Below, one piece after another: positions 55,440-63,669 of a stretch of 64,000 nt of DNA. The notes beneath the pieces are model-generated. The model saw only the letters and a list, made by a program, of their open reading frames with translations. It did no database searches and was not told the DNA's origin. Positions within the stretch are counted from its first letter, which is position 1. The number at the start of each line of letters is the position of its first letter. The DNA comes from a virus: the IMG/VR virus record IMGVR_UViG_3300045988_076381, one strand, 5' to 3'. A program made the position numbers and the translations under genes.

Positions 55440-55609
55440 AAGTTAAAAAGAAAAAGATTCTAAAGGAAATTACTTATGTTTACTACACCTTGTTTTATCG
55501 GAAAATACTTCAGAACTTCGCAAGAAGTTAGAGGAATTGGATACTATCTCCACCATCTGAAAAGAAACTTTATGAACAATAGTAGAAGAATTAATTTCAC
55601 ATTTTAAAC

Positions 55610-55888
55610 ATGAAAACAAAACTTCTTAAGAAACTTAGAAGAAAAGTAAAGAATGACATTAAATATAGCTATATAGATGACTTAGTATATTTATGTGATT
55701 CAAACCTTGAAATTTATCTTACTTTAAAATATCCAGAATTTATAAAAACATCTGATAAATATCTATATAAAGTATTAAAAGAACATAGAATAGAGAGAAT
55801 ACTAGAATATATTAAAGAACTTAGAAAGAATAAAAATTTTAAGAAGTCTAATATGGAGAATAGAATTAATTATATAAATAACTTATGA
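55610..55888 (+). CDS. basic small protein, paralog of 57116..57409
   Basis: MKTKLLKKLRRKVKN... versus MKVKLLKRLRKKSIKN... Confidence 0.5.
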   Translation: MKTKLLKKLRRKVKNDIKYSYIDDLVYLCDSNLEIYLTLKYPEFIKTSDKYLYKVLKEHRIERILEYIKELRKNKNFKKSNMENRINYINNL

Positions 55889-55904
55889 AAAATATAACTA
55901 TTGA

Positions 55905-56358
55905 AGTTCAGATAATTGTAAATTAATTAAAGAAGACGATACAACTTTTAAAGTAATTACAGAAAGAGAACCTAAAACTTGGAAAGATTTTTGTGATATT
56001 GTACCAGTTATAAATGAATATTATATAGATCAATTTTCAAACGTGCGTTCGATAAGCTCTGGTAAAAGAGATCCTATGTATGATAGAAATTTATGTGCAA
56101 CCAGAGAAGAAGCAGAAGCTATTGTAGCCCTTATTCAACTAAGAAGATTAAAAGTTGAATGGGATAAATATGAGAAAAAATATTTGTTCAAAAGGTATTT
56201 TTAAATACTATATTATATGGGACTACGGCAATAGTTGTTTAACTATAGGTGAAGGACTTTCAAACCATCTCTTGGAATTTAACTCTAGAGATAGTGCCTC
56301 AGAATTTATAACTTGTTCCAGTTATTTACTTGAAAAAGCTAAATTATTTTTACATTAA
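55905..56358 (+). pseudogene. gene distributed over two or three reading frames
   Basis: Frame-0 segment 55905..56204 (about 100 codons, no start codon until late) joins track ORF 56155..56358 by a +1 shift in an A6 run (56175-56180). The nearest ATG (55885) is in the other frame. Confidence 0.35.
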
Positions 56359-56363
56359 TTTCA

Positions 56364-56723
56364 ATGAAGCAAGAATTAAAAGATAAGGAAGTAATATTAT
56401 GTGCAGCTATTCACTATGATAATGGATTAGAATATCCACATCAATCCATTTACGGAGTTAAAACTGGATTTGTTTTATGTGGATATAGACATCTAAATAT
56501 TATCGGAATACTTCCTACTAATATCTATTTTAAAAAGACTAATGAAAATAGTGTACAGGTAGCATGGAACGAAAATTGTCCAAAGCATGAAAGTTATCAA
56601 GGATTTCTTACTTCTACTGGTAGATTTGTTGGTAGAAGAGAAGCAGCACAAATAGCGTTACACTCAGGACAAATTAAAGAGTTAAAATTTGGAATTGAAT
56701 TATATAGTGAAGATTTATATTAA
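56364..56723 (+). CDS. hypothetical protein
   Basis: 119-aa ORF. Confidence 0.55.
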   Translation: MKQELKDKEVILCAAIHYDNGLEYPHQSIYGVKTGFVLCGYRHLNIIGILPTNIYFKKTNENSVQVAWNENCPKHESYQGFLTSTGRFVGRREAAQIALHSGQIKELKFGIELYSEDLY

Positions 56724-56735
56724 TTAAAATATGTT

Positions 56736-57002
56736 ATGCCACTTATTATTGTTGTTAGTTTTATTATTATAGGTGTATATGTAATAATAAATATAATTGA
56801 TGAAGAGTTTGATTTAAAAGATTATATCTATTTTATCCTAATTACACTCGGAATATTTTTGGGAGGTATAATTGAAGACTACAAACAAGAATCTCAAAAC
56901 AGTTCTAAATCTAAAATAGACTACACAAAAAATTCAGAAGTATTAAATAGTATAGATACTCTAGTTACATACAGAGATAGTGTTCTCCTTATATTTAAAT
57001 AA
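56736..57002 (+). CDS. small membrane protein
   Basis: 88 aa with two hydrophobic helices. Confidence 0.5.
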   Translation: MPLIIVVSFIIIGVYVIINIIDEEFDLKDYIYFILITLGIFLGGIIEDYKQESQNSSKSKIDYTKNSEVLNSIDTLVTYRDSVLLIFK

Positions 57003-57115
57003 AGCATATTTATGGCTACAAGGATCTTTAATATGGAAGGATAATGGAAAGGTTTCTATTGTAGATCTATCTCTCATTCTAGAATATCTAAAGGGAATAA
57101 TATTATCTGAATAAT

Positions 57116-57409
57116 ATGAAAGTAAAACTGTTAAAAAGACTAAGAAAAAAATCTATTAAAAATATTTATATACGTCCTCCGAAATTTCCTTGGGAATCTT
57201 ATAAAATTATCACTCCTATACAAGATGATGTAGTAGTAATATATTTTTATACTCTAAAAGATATAAAAATCAGTGAAAGAATGCTTATAAATAAAAGGAG
57301 GGAGTATGTCTTAGATATAATTTATTCCATGCGATCACAATTTAATAAAATTATAGCTAAGAAATATTTTACTAAGGAATTAAATAGAATTAATAAATTA
57401 ATACCCTAA
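57116..57409 (+). CDS. basic small protein, paralog of 55610..55888
   Basis: Shared N-terminal MK(T/V)KLLK(K/R)LR(R/K)K. Confidence 0.5.
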   Translation: MKVKLLKRLRKKSIKNIYIRPPKFPWESYKIITPIQDDVVVIYFYTLKDIKISERMLINKRREYVLDIIYSMRSQFNKIIAKKYFTKELNRINKLIP

Positions 57410-57413
57410 ATTT

Positions 57414-57638
57414 ATGTGGATAGCGAGAGAAGAAAATGATGATTTATATTTATTTAGATATAAACCTTATAAATCTGTACGTCATTGGGTTGCTGATGAA
57501 CAAGATCCGTCTAAATATCGTTTTAGAATAGATAGAGAATTATTCCCAGAAATTACTTTTTATAATAGTCCCAAAGAAGTTATTCTTCAGCTTAAGGAGA
57601 AAATAACTAAAGTATCAATATTAAACCAGACTATATGA
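57414..57638 (+). CDS. hypothetical protein
   Basis: 74-aa ORF. Confidence 0.5.
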   Translation: MWIAREENDDLYLFRYKPYKSVRHWVADEQDPSKYRFRIDRELFPEITFYNSPKEVILQLKEKITKVSILNQTI

Positions 57639-58222
57639 GAAAAATAGGAATATTCTTAGGAAACTTTGATCCTCCTACTATATGTCATCAAAATATAATT
57701 AGGAATATTGTAAATTATAATTTCTTAGATGAAATCTTTATTGTTCCTAAATATAGAAGTGTTAAAGAATCATATTCCACACTTTTTACAGATAGAGTAA
57801 CTATGTGTAAGAGAGCGTTTAAACCATTTAAAAAGGTTACTATATCTAATATGGAAAGTTTAATAGCTTCTACAGATATGAAAACCTATAGAGAAGGGGT
57901 TCCATCTTGGAAGACTATTGAATTCTTTAAGAATATAAAAGATATTGAATTATATATAATAACTACATTCCCTGGATATTCCAAAATTCCTAATTGGGAT
58001 AAGGGTGAGGAGATATTAAAGGATAATAAATTTATTGTTCTTTGTGAAACTAAAGATTTAGGGAAATTATCTGAAGATATTATTAGTATACCTTTATATG
58101 ATCATATCAATATTACATCTAATAAAATTCGGAATTATATAAGATTAGATTCTAATCCGTTTCCCTTAGTTCAGAAAGATGTACTTGATTATATTTACAA
58201 ACATAATCTTTATATAGGATGA
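57635..58222 (+). CDS. NadD-like nicotinate/nicotinamide mononucleotide adenylyltransferase
   Basis: IGIFLGNFDPPTICHQ (GxFxPxHxGH-type motif with Cys-His), ITSNKIRNYI (ISSTxIR-like), VLDYIYKHNLY (V..YI...LY). Confidence 0.7.
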   Translation: MRKIGIFLGNFDPPTICHQNIIRNIVNYNFLDEIFIVPKYRSVKESYSTLFTDRVTMCKRAFKPFKKVTISNMESLIASTDMKTYREGVPSWKTIEFFKNIKDIELYIITTFPGYSKIPNWDKGEEILKDNKFIVLCETKDLGKLSEDIISIPLYDHINITSNKIRNYIRLDSNPFPLVQKDVLDYIYKHNLYIG

Positions 58223-58587
58223 GATATTATATTACAGGACATCGAGATTTATCTAAAGAGGAGTTTAGTAAAATTTATATTCCGGAAATAGATAGAATTA
58301 TTCAGGAAGATTCTAATGCAGTATTCTTAGTTGGAGTATGTGAAGGTGTTGATTTATATACTATACAGTATTTAAATAAATACTCTATTCCAGTTCAAGT
58401 ATACGGTCCGAATTTGGATATTAAAAATGATCTTATAAGATTACATTTATATCCAAGTTATGAAAAATCTGCTTTAGAGATGATTAAAAATTCAGATAAA
58501 ACTATCGGATTTATTAAACCTGGTAGAGAAAATTCTAGTTTTACTGCTCTAAATGTTTTAAAAAGGTATATAATAAACAAATCTTAA
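58219..58587 (+). CDS. SLOG/DUF2493-like protein (tentative)
   Basis: YYITGHRDLS...FLVGVCEGVDLYTIQYL resembles the Rossmann-like SLOG pattern. Its start overlaps the adenylyltransferase stop by 4 nt (58219-58222). Confidence 0.35.
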   Translation: MRYYITGHRDLSKEEFSKIYIPEIDRIIQEDSNAVFLVGVCEGVDLYTIQYLNKYSIPVQVYGPNLDIKNDLIRLHLYPSYEKSALEMIKNSDKTIGFIKPGRENSSFTALNVLKRYIINKS

Positions 58588-58598
58588 ACTTAAATAAT

Positions 58599-59008
58599 AT
58601 GAATAGAAAAGAAAGAACTATCTCCGAAAATATGGAGAAATTAATGATAGACCAAATCTCAAGAGAATTATATAATCATAATGTATATAGAACATATGCG
58701 AATTACTATTATGTAAGAGGATTGTTTAAATTACATCTTTATTATGAGATGAGATCTAACGAGGAATATAATCATCATCAATGGATTGTTGATAGATTAT
58801 ATAGAGCCGGAGTTGATTTTAATTATCCAGAAGTACCAGCTATTAAATCTAATCATGTTATATTAAAGCCAGAAGATAGTTTTCAGAAAGTAGTAGATTT
58901 AGAGATTGAAACTACTATGTATATAAATAAAATGATAGAAACTGCGAAAGAGGAGAAGGATTGGCAGACGGAGGGATGGTTAAAGAGGACGTTAAATGAA
59001 GAGCAGAT
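58599..59008 (+). CDS. ferritin-like protein, exon 1 of 2
   Basis: ELYNHNVYRTYANYY, NEEYNHHQWIVDRL and DLEIETTMYINKMIE follow the ferritin helix A-C ligand pattern. Exon ends ...LNEEQ + AU at the P1 splice-site U59008. Confidence 0.7.
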
Positions 59009-60177
59009 AAACTTTTGTCTGAAAGTATGGTAACATACAGGTGAATAGATCAAAATCGATGAAGTCTAATTTAGATAATATCGAGGTAAGTATGAATTTA
59101 AAGGATTCATACCACTGTAACGCGTAGGTGTTGAAACTATTAATTATTTATAAATTATATTTTTGCAGAAGAGATAATTGTTTTTATCGTGGAAGAATAT
59201 TAACTTTGTATTTATTACATTTTAATATTTAAATTCTTATGGATAAAAACAGAAAACTAGAATTTGAGGGAAAGATATTTCCTACGAATAATTGTGGCGA
59301 GCTAAAAATCATCGAATATAATGGAGCAACTAATGTAGTGGTGGAGTTTATTACTACTAAAACTATACATTCTACCACTATGAATAACATCAAGAAAGGA
59401 TCAGTATCCGATCCTATGTATCCAACAGTATATGGAATAGGATATATGGGTATAGGAGAGTATAAAAGTAGGACTGGGACTAGTCCTCAAACAACTTGCT
59501 ATAAACGATGGAAAGAAATTCTTAATCGATGCTATAATCCTAAATGTTCTGCTTATAAATTTTATGGAGGAAATGGAGCAATTATATGTGAAGAATGGAA
59601 AAATTTCCAAAATTTTGCATCTTGGTGGTATTCTAACTTTCCAAATTGGGAAGGAATTAAAATTGCTATAGATAAAGATTTATTATGTAAGGGAAATAAG
59701 GAATATTGTCCTGAATACTGCTGCTTTTTACCTCAAGAAATAAACGAAGCTCTTACTTTAAGAAAAAAGGAAAGAGGGGATTATCCAGTTGGAGTACGGT
59801 TAAAAGAAGGAAAAATTATTGCTCAAATTAATTACATGGGAAATAAAAAACATTTAGGAACATTTTCCACTGTTGAAGATGCTTTTGCAAAATATAAAAT
59901 AGAAAAGGAAAAGTGTATGAAAGAATATGCTGATAAATACAAAAATATACTTTCGGAGAGAGTGTATCAAGCATTATATAACTACACTATAAATATAGAT
60001 GATTAATAGAATAAAATATACCCAAGAGTGATCTACTCCTACAGGTAATGCTGAGGATGAAAATGTACGCTGAACCGTCTGATGATTAAATCAGAATATC
60101 TTTATTTACATCTTCAATAAAGTAAGGAGGAGACTCCCGGAAGTAAGAGATAAAAAACTCTTACGATAACAAAATTG
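59009..60177 (+). mobile_element. group I-like intron (terminase-intron family) carrying an AP2-domain gene
   Basis: P1 CAGAU/GUCUG with U59008.G59017. P2 GUAUG-GUAA-CAUAC. P3 UAGAUCA/UGAUCUA. J3/4 AAA. P4 UCGAUG/UAUCGA. 3' end GAUAACAAAAUUG like intron T2. Ends at G60177. Confidence 0.65.
59239..60006 (+). CDS. AP2-domain homing-endonuclease-like protein (intron-encoded)
   Basis: VGVRLKEGKIIAQINYMGNKKHLGTFSTVEDAFAKYKIEKEK is an AP2/ERF-type DNA-binding domain, common in phage HNH/AP2 homing endonucleases. I did not identify a catalytic motif. Confidence 0.6.
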   Translation: MDKNRKLEFEGKIFPTNNCGELKIIEYNGATNVVVEFITTKTIHSTTMNNIKKGSVSDPMYPTVYGIGYMGIGEYKSRTGTSPQTTCYKRWKEILNRCYNPKCSAYKFYGGNGAIICEEWKNFQNFASWWYSNFPNWEGIKIAIDKDLLCKGNKEYCPEYCCFLPQEINEALTLRKKERGDYPVGVRLKEGKIIAQINYMGNKKHLGTFSTVEDAFAKYKIEKEKCMKEYADKYKNILSERVYQALYNYTINIDD

Positions 60178-60340
60178 GGAAGAAGAAGATGTTAGCCGAA
60201 TAATCCTAACAATGTCTGAGGAAGATACTGACTGGCAGACTAAGGAAGATACTATTCTATCATATTATAATGGATTGAATAGAGTAATAGAAGGAGATAG
60301 AGATATTATTGACAATAACTCTTTTCTTAAACAAAGATAA
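60178..60340 (+). CDS. ferritin-like protein, exon 2 of 2
   Basis: AU+G then GAA GAA GAA... gives EEQ-MEEEDVSRIILTM, which parallels E. coli FtnA SEQ-HEEEKLFKSIIDKL. Stops TAA TAA at 60338-60343. Confidence 0.6.
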
Positions 60341-60359
60341 TAATTTAATATAATAACTT

Positions 60360-61004
60360 ATGTTAGTTCTAGATAATATTAATTCAGTCTCGGATGTAAT
60401 TACAAATTCCTCATCGGAATTATTTGTAATAAACGATAAAAATACTACATTAGACCATCTTAAGAATATAATCAATCCTATATTAGATGGTTATTATGAA
60501 CCATTTGTATTTAATTTAGATACGTTTAGAAAATGGGTAGAAAGTTCCGAAGAGGATAATTCTACGGATATAGACGCATGTTTTCAGACTATATACGACT
60601 GGTTCATTGATTTAGAGTGTCCTAGTGGTTTAACTTACTATATTAGGGATACTCTTTATAAGTTACGGTTAGAGGACTATATTAAATTAGAAAATAGTCT
60701 ACTTAAAGAATTATACGCGGAATTAATTAAAAAGTATGATACTAATTATTCCTCATATAAAGAAATTGAAGCTTTTCTTCAAACATATGATGAAGACAAA
60801 ATAAACAAAATCATAGACTATTTGCTAAATACAAATTTCGAATATGACATTCGAAAATTAAATGGAAAGATTATTCTCCTTTCCGAGGAGGAGAATTCCA
60901 TTTCATGTAGTAGAAAATTTAACCGCTCAGAATTTGCGGAAGATTCTGATGTATTTCAATGGCTTGAGCATAATTTTAATATTACATATTATCATTTAGG
61001 ATGA
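60360..61004 (+). CDS. TNSSSE-motif protein, paralog 1
   Basis: N-terminal INSVSDVITNSSSELFVI, shared with the next two genes. Confidence 0.55.
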   Translation: MLVLDNINSVSDVITNSSSELFVINDKNTTLDHLKNIINPILDGYYEPFVFNLDTFRKWVESSEEDNSTDIDACFQTIYDWFIDLECPSGLTYYIRDTLYKLRLEDYIKLENSLLKELYAELIKKYDTNYSSYKEIEAFLQTYDEDKINKIIDYLLNTNFEYDIRKLNGKIILLSEEENSISCSRKFNRSEFAEDSDVFQWLEHNFNITYYHLG

Positions 61005-61426
61005 GATTTAAAATACATTCAATATCAGATATTATAACAAACAGTAGTTCAGAAGTATTTCTTGTTTCTAAAGATAGTGAGATAAAGAATATAAAAGGAT
61101 TGCAAGAGAAACTGAATTTAGGAGACGTATCTGATTTACTAAAGTTTATACATACTTATAGTTGGGGTATAGATAAAGACTATAATTATGGAGATTTATG
61201 TATAACACTTGATCATATACGTGATATAACTAATGCTTTCAGTAACTACTTCAATGATAGTGACTGGGATGATAATATCTCAAAAATAGGTATATTACGT
61301 GATGAGATGTACAAAGTATTTGCTGAGAGTTTTAAAGATATAGTAGCTATAGTAATAGATAATGGCTATTATTATGAATTTATTGCAAATAATCCAAATT
61401 TAAAATATGAAAACTTTCCATATTAA
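61001..61426 (+). CDS. TNSSSE-motif protein, paralog 2
   Basis: IHSISDIITNSSSEVFLV. Overlaps both neighbours. Confidence 0.55.
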   Translation: MRFKIHSISDIITNSSSEVFLVSKDSEIKNIKGLQEKLNLGDVSDLLKFIHTYSWGIDKDYNYGDLCITLDHIRDITNAFSNYFNDSDWDDNISKIGILRDEMYKVFAESFKDIVAIVIDNGYYYEFIANNPNLKYENFPY

Positions 61427-61715
61427 AATTCATTCTATTTCAGATATTATTACTAATAGTAGTTCCGAGACCTTTTGTTTTATTTATAGTGAAGATATAT
61501 CTAAAGTATTAAAAGTATTATCTCCTTATTTTGGGAACTATGATGTTTTTGATGAATGTTGTGCACAAATATATGGTCCTTTTCAAGAAGGTATAGAGGA
61601 TCCTTATATTGAAATTAGATGTTCCGAAGATTATAGACCTTCGTTACTAGAAGAAGGATTAAGATATGTATTAGATAAAAATAATATTGATTATACAATA
61701 TCAAAAGAAGAATAA
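61407..61715 (+). CDS. TNSSSE-motif protein, paralog 3 (N-terminal part?)
   Basis: IHSISDIITNSSSETFCF. Only 102 aa versus 214 for paralog 1. Confidence 0.55.
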   Translation: MKTFHIKIHSISDIITNSSSETFCFIYSEDISKVLKVLSPYFGNYDVFDECCAQIYGPFQEGIEDPYIEIRCSEDYRPSLLEEGLRYVLDKNNIDYTISKEE

Positions 61716-61999
61716 AAAATATCTTTATATATGGAGTCAATAATAGAGTTCCAATAATTTTTGTATTTGATTCTAAATACTATAATGAAACTACTATAAG
61801 TAATATATTAAATAAACTATTAGAGCCTGAGGGAAGATCATACGAAGATTTCTTTAGAAAGATCCAACCGGCTATTGAAGTAACAACATGCTGCAATCCT
61901 AAAGACTTAGTAGTACTAACTTATGAGATACCCTATTGGATGAGACTTTATTTAGAGAATTTACATAATGTAAAAGGTTATAGTTGTTTAACTTTATAA
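61691..61999 (+). other. start-less open frame, probable -1 continuation of paralog 3
   Basis: About 100 sense codons with no in-frame ATG/GTG/TTG until near the end. Overlaps the end of 61407..61715 in the -1 frame. The C-terminus PYWMRLYLENLHNVKGY resembles FQWLEHNFNITYY of paralog 1. Confidence 0.35.
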
Positions 62000-62007
62000 A
62001 TTAAGAG

Positions 62008-62475
62008 ATGAAAGATTTTAAACACTTTGGAGTTAGGTTTAAAGGTATAAGTAGTTGTAATTATACCGCAATATGGAGTAATTTAATTACAATACGTCTT
62101 GGAGATAAAGAGATTAAAGAACTTCCAGCAGATAAAGCTGAGTTTTATGACGTTTCATTAGGAGATAAATGTGTTACTGGGAAATGTAATTTCTGCTTAG
62201 TACCAGAAACACATATACTTACTAATGAGGGTGATAAATATATAACAGACATAAAAACAGAAGACTTAGTGTTTTCTTACAATGAGTGTAGTGGAGATAT
62301 TGAGTTAAAAAAAGTAGACCAAGTATTTGAAAGAGTATATGAAGGAGAACTTATTGAAGTGGTTACAGAAATCGGAACTTTAAGACTGACTCCGAATCAT
62401 AAAATATATACTAGAAATAGAGGATGGATTGCAGCGTGTAATCTACAAGTGTCAGACGAATTGTTAGAATTTTAA
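62008..62475 (+). CDS. radical-SAM-like protein N-fragment fused to split-intein N-part
   Basis: Extein ...GDKCVTGKCNF, then CLVPETHILT (block A) ... LRLTPNHKIYT (block B) ... ELLEF*, about 93 aa of Hint N-half ending in a stop. Confidence 0.7.
   Translation: MKDFKHFGVRFKGISSCNYTAIWSNLITIRLGDKEIKELPADKAEFYDVSLGDKCVTGKCNFCLVPETHILTNEGDKYITDIKTEDLVFSYNECSGDIELKKVDQVFERVYEGELIEVVTEIGTLRLTPNHKIYTRNRGWIAACNLQVSDELLEF
62194..62472 (+). mobile_element. split intein, N-fragment (IntN)
   Basis: Starts at Cys63 (TGC 62194). Size and blocks A/B are comparable to DnaE-type IntN (about 100 aa). Confidence 0.65.
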
Positions 62476-62547
62476 TATCCGAAAAGTTGGAAGTATTAAA
62501 ATAGATTATTATTTTTGTATATAAAATAATAACTAATTTTAATACTT

Positions 62548-63669
62548 ATGAAAACATGTAAATATTGTGGATGTGATATATCCCACCTAAGAGCTAATGC
62601 TACCACTTGTGGATCGAGAGAATGTATAAATGCGTATAGAAGAGAACGTAAATCCAAACCTAAGGAGCCAAGAACTTGCGAAATTTGTGGAACGTCTATA
62701 GACGATCTTCCTGGACAAAGGAGAATTTGTAAAAATCCAGAATGTGAAGCGGAGCAAAAAAGAAGAAAATATGCACAGGCCTTAAAAGAAAAAATATGTA
62801 AAAAATGTGGAGATACTTTCCTTGGCACTTCTAAACAAACCTGTTGTGAAAACTGTAGAAAACATAAAGATATAACATTTAAAGTTATAGAACAGAAAGT
62901 AGTTTGTGAAGATTGTGGAGCCTTACTAAGGACCGAAAGTAAAAAAGTTAATGGAAAAACTAAGGAGATTATAGCAAAAGGAATGTGTGATGATTGTAAA
63001 CAAAAACATAGAGAGAAACTTAGTTTACAAATGAAAGAACATAATCCTATGTTTGATCCTGAGATAGTTAAAAAAACTTCGGAGACAAGACGATATAAGT
63101 ATCTACAAAAATGTGAAGAAGAAGAAAGGCTTCCTTATGTAAGAAAAGGATGTAAAGGTGAAACTAGGGAAGAAATGATTCAAAGAATGAAAGAACACAA
63201 TCCTATGTTTGATCCTGAAACTAGAGCAAAGGTCAGCAAAACTCTTAAAGAAAAAATTTTATCTGGAGAAATTATTTATGCTAAAGGTCCAGAACATCAT
63301 TTGTGGAAAGGTAATAGAAATTTTAATAAGGCAGTACGTATAGAATTAAGAAAATGGGTTAAAGAACAAATGGAAAAGGTTCATTATATATGCCAAAAAT
63401 GTGGGAAAACACGCACCGAATTACATGTACACCATTTACATCCATTAAGGGATATAATTTTGGATACTTTAAATAAAAATAATTTAACTATCATAGATAT
63501 AAATAGTATGGAGGGTTCAGAACAATATTTTGATATAATTAAACAAATAATTGAATATCATTATCAACATAATGATATCGGAATTGTTGTTTGTCCCCAA
63601 TGTCATAATGAACTAGATAGTTATTATAAAAGAAAAACTCATGAAAATAGTAAGTATAAAGAAAGTTAA
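62548..63669 (+). CDS. HNH homing endonuclease with zinc ribbons and NUMOD3-like repeats
   Basis: Four CxxC...CxxC ribbons, two KEHNPMFDPE repeats, C-terminal ELHVHHLHP...N...CPQCHNELD. Lies between the two intein halves. Confidence 0.75.
   Translation: MKTCKYCGCDISHLRANATTCGSRECINAYRRERKSKPKEPRTCEICGTSIDDLPGQRRICKNPECEAEQKRRKYAQALKEKICKKCGDTFLGTSKQTCCENCRKHKDITFKVIEQKVVCEDCGALLRTESKKVNGKTKEIIAKGMCDDCKQKHREKLSLQMKEHNPMFDPEIVKKTSETRRYKYLQKCEEEERLPYVRKGCKGETREEMIQRMKEHNPMFDPETRAKVSKTLKEKILSGEIIYAKGPEHHLWKGNRNFNKAVRIELRKWVKEQMEKVHYICQKCGKTRTELHVHHLHPLRDIILDTLNKNNLTIIDINSMEGSEQYFDIIKQIIEYHYQHNDIGIVVCPQCHNELDSYYKRKTHENSKYKES

Noticed and set aside
60091-60097. CTGATGA, which could be a hammerhead ribozyme core.
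   Set aside because: No stem II hairpin followed by GAAA, and no stem I/III partners. It lies inside the ferritin intron and is probably part of its peripheral structure.
62496-62828. Minus-strand 110-aa ORF overlapping the start of the HNH gene.
   Set aside because: Antisense to a gene with clear zinc-ribbon/NUMOD3/HNH motifs. No motif of its own.
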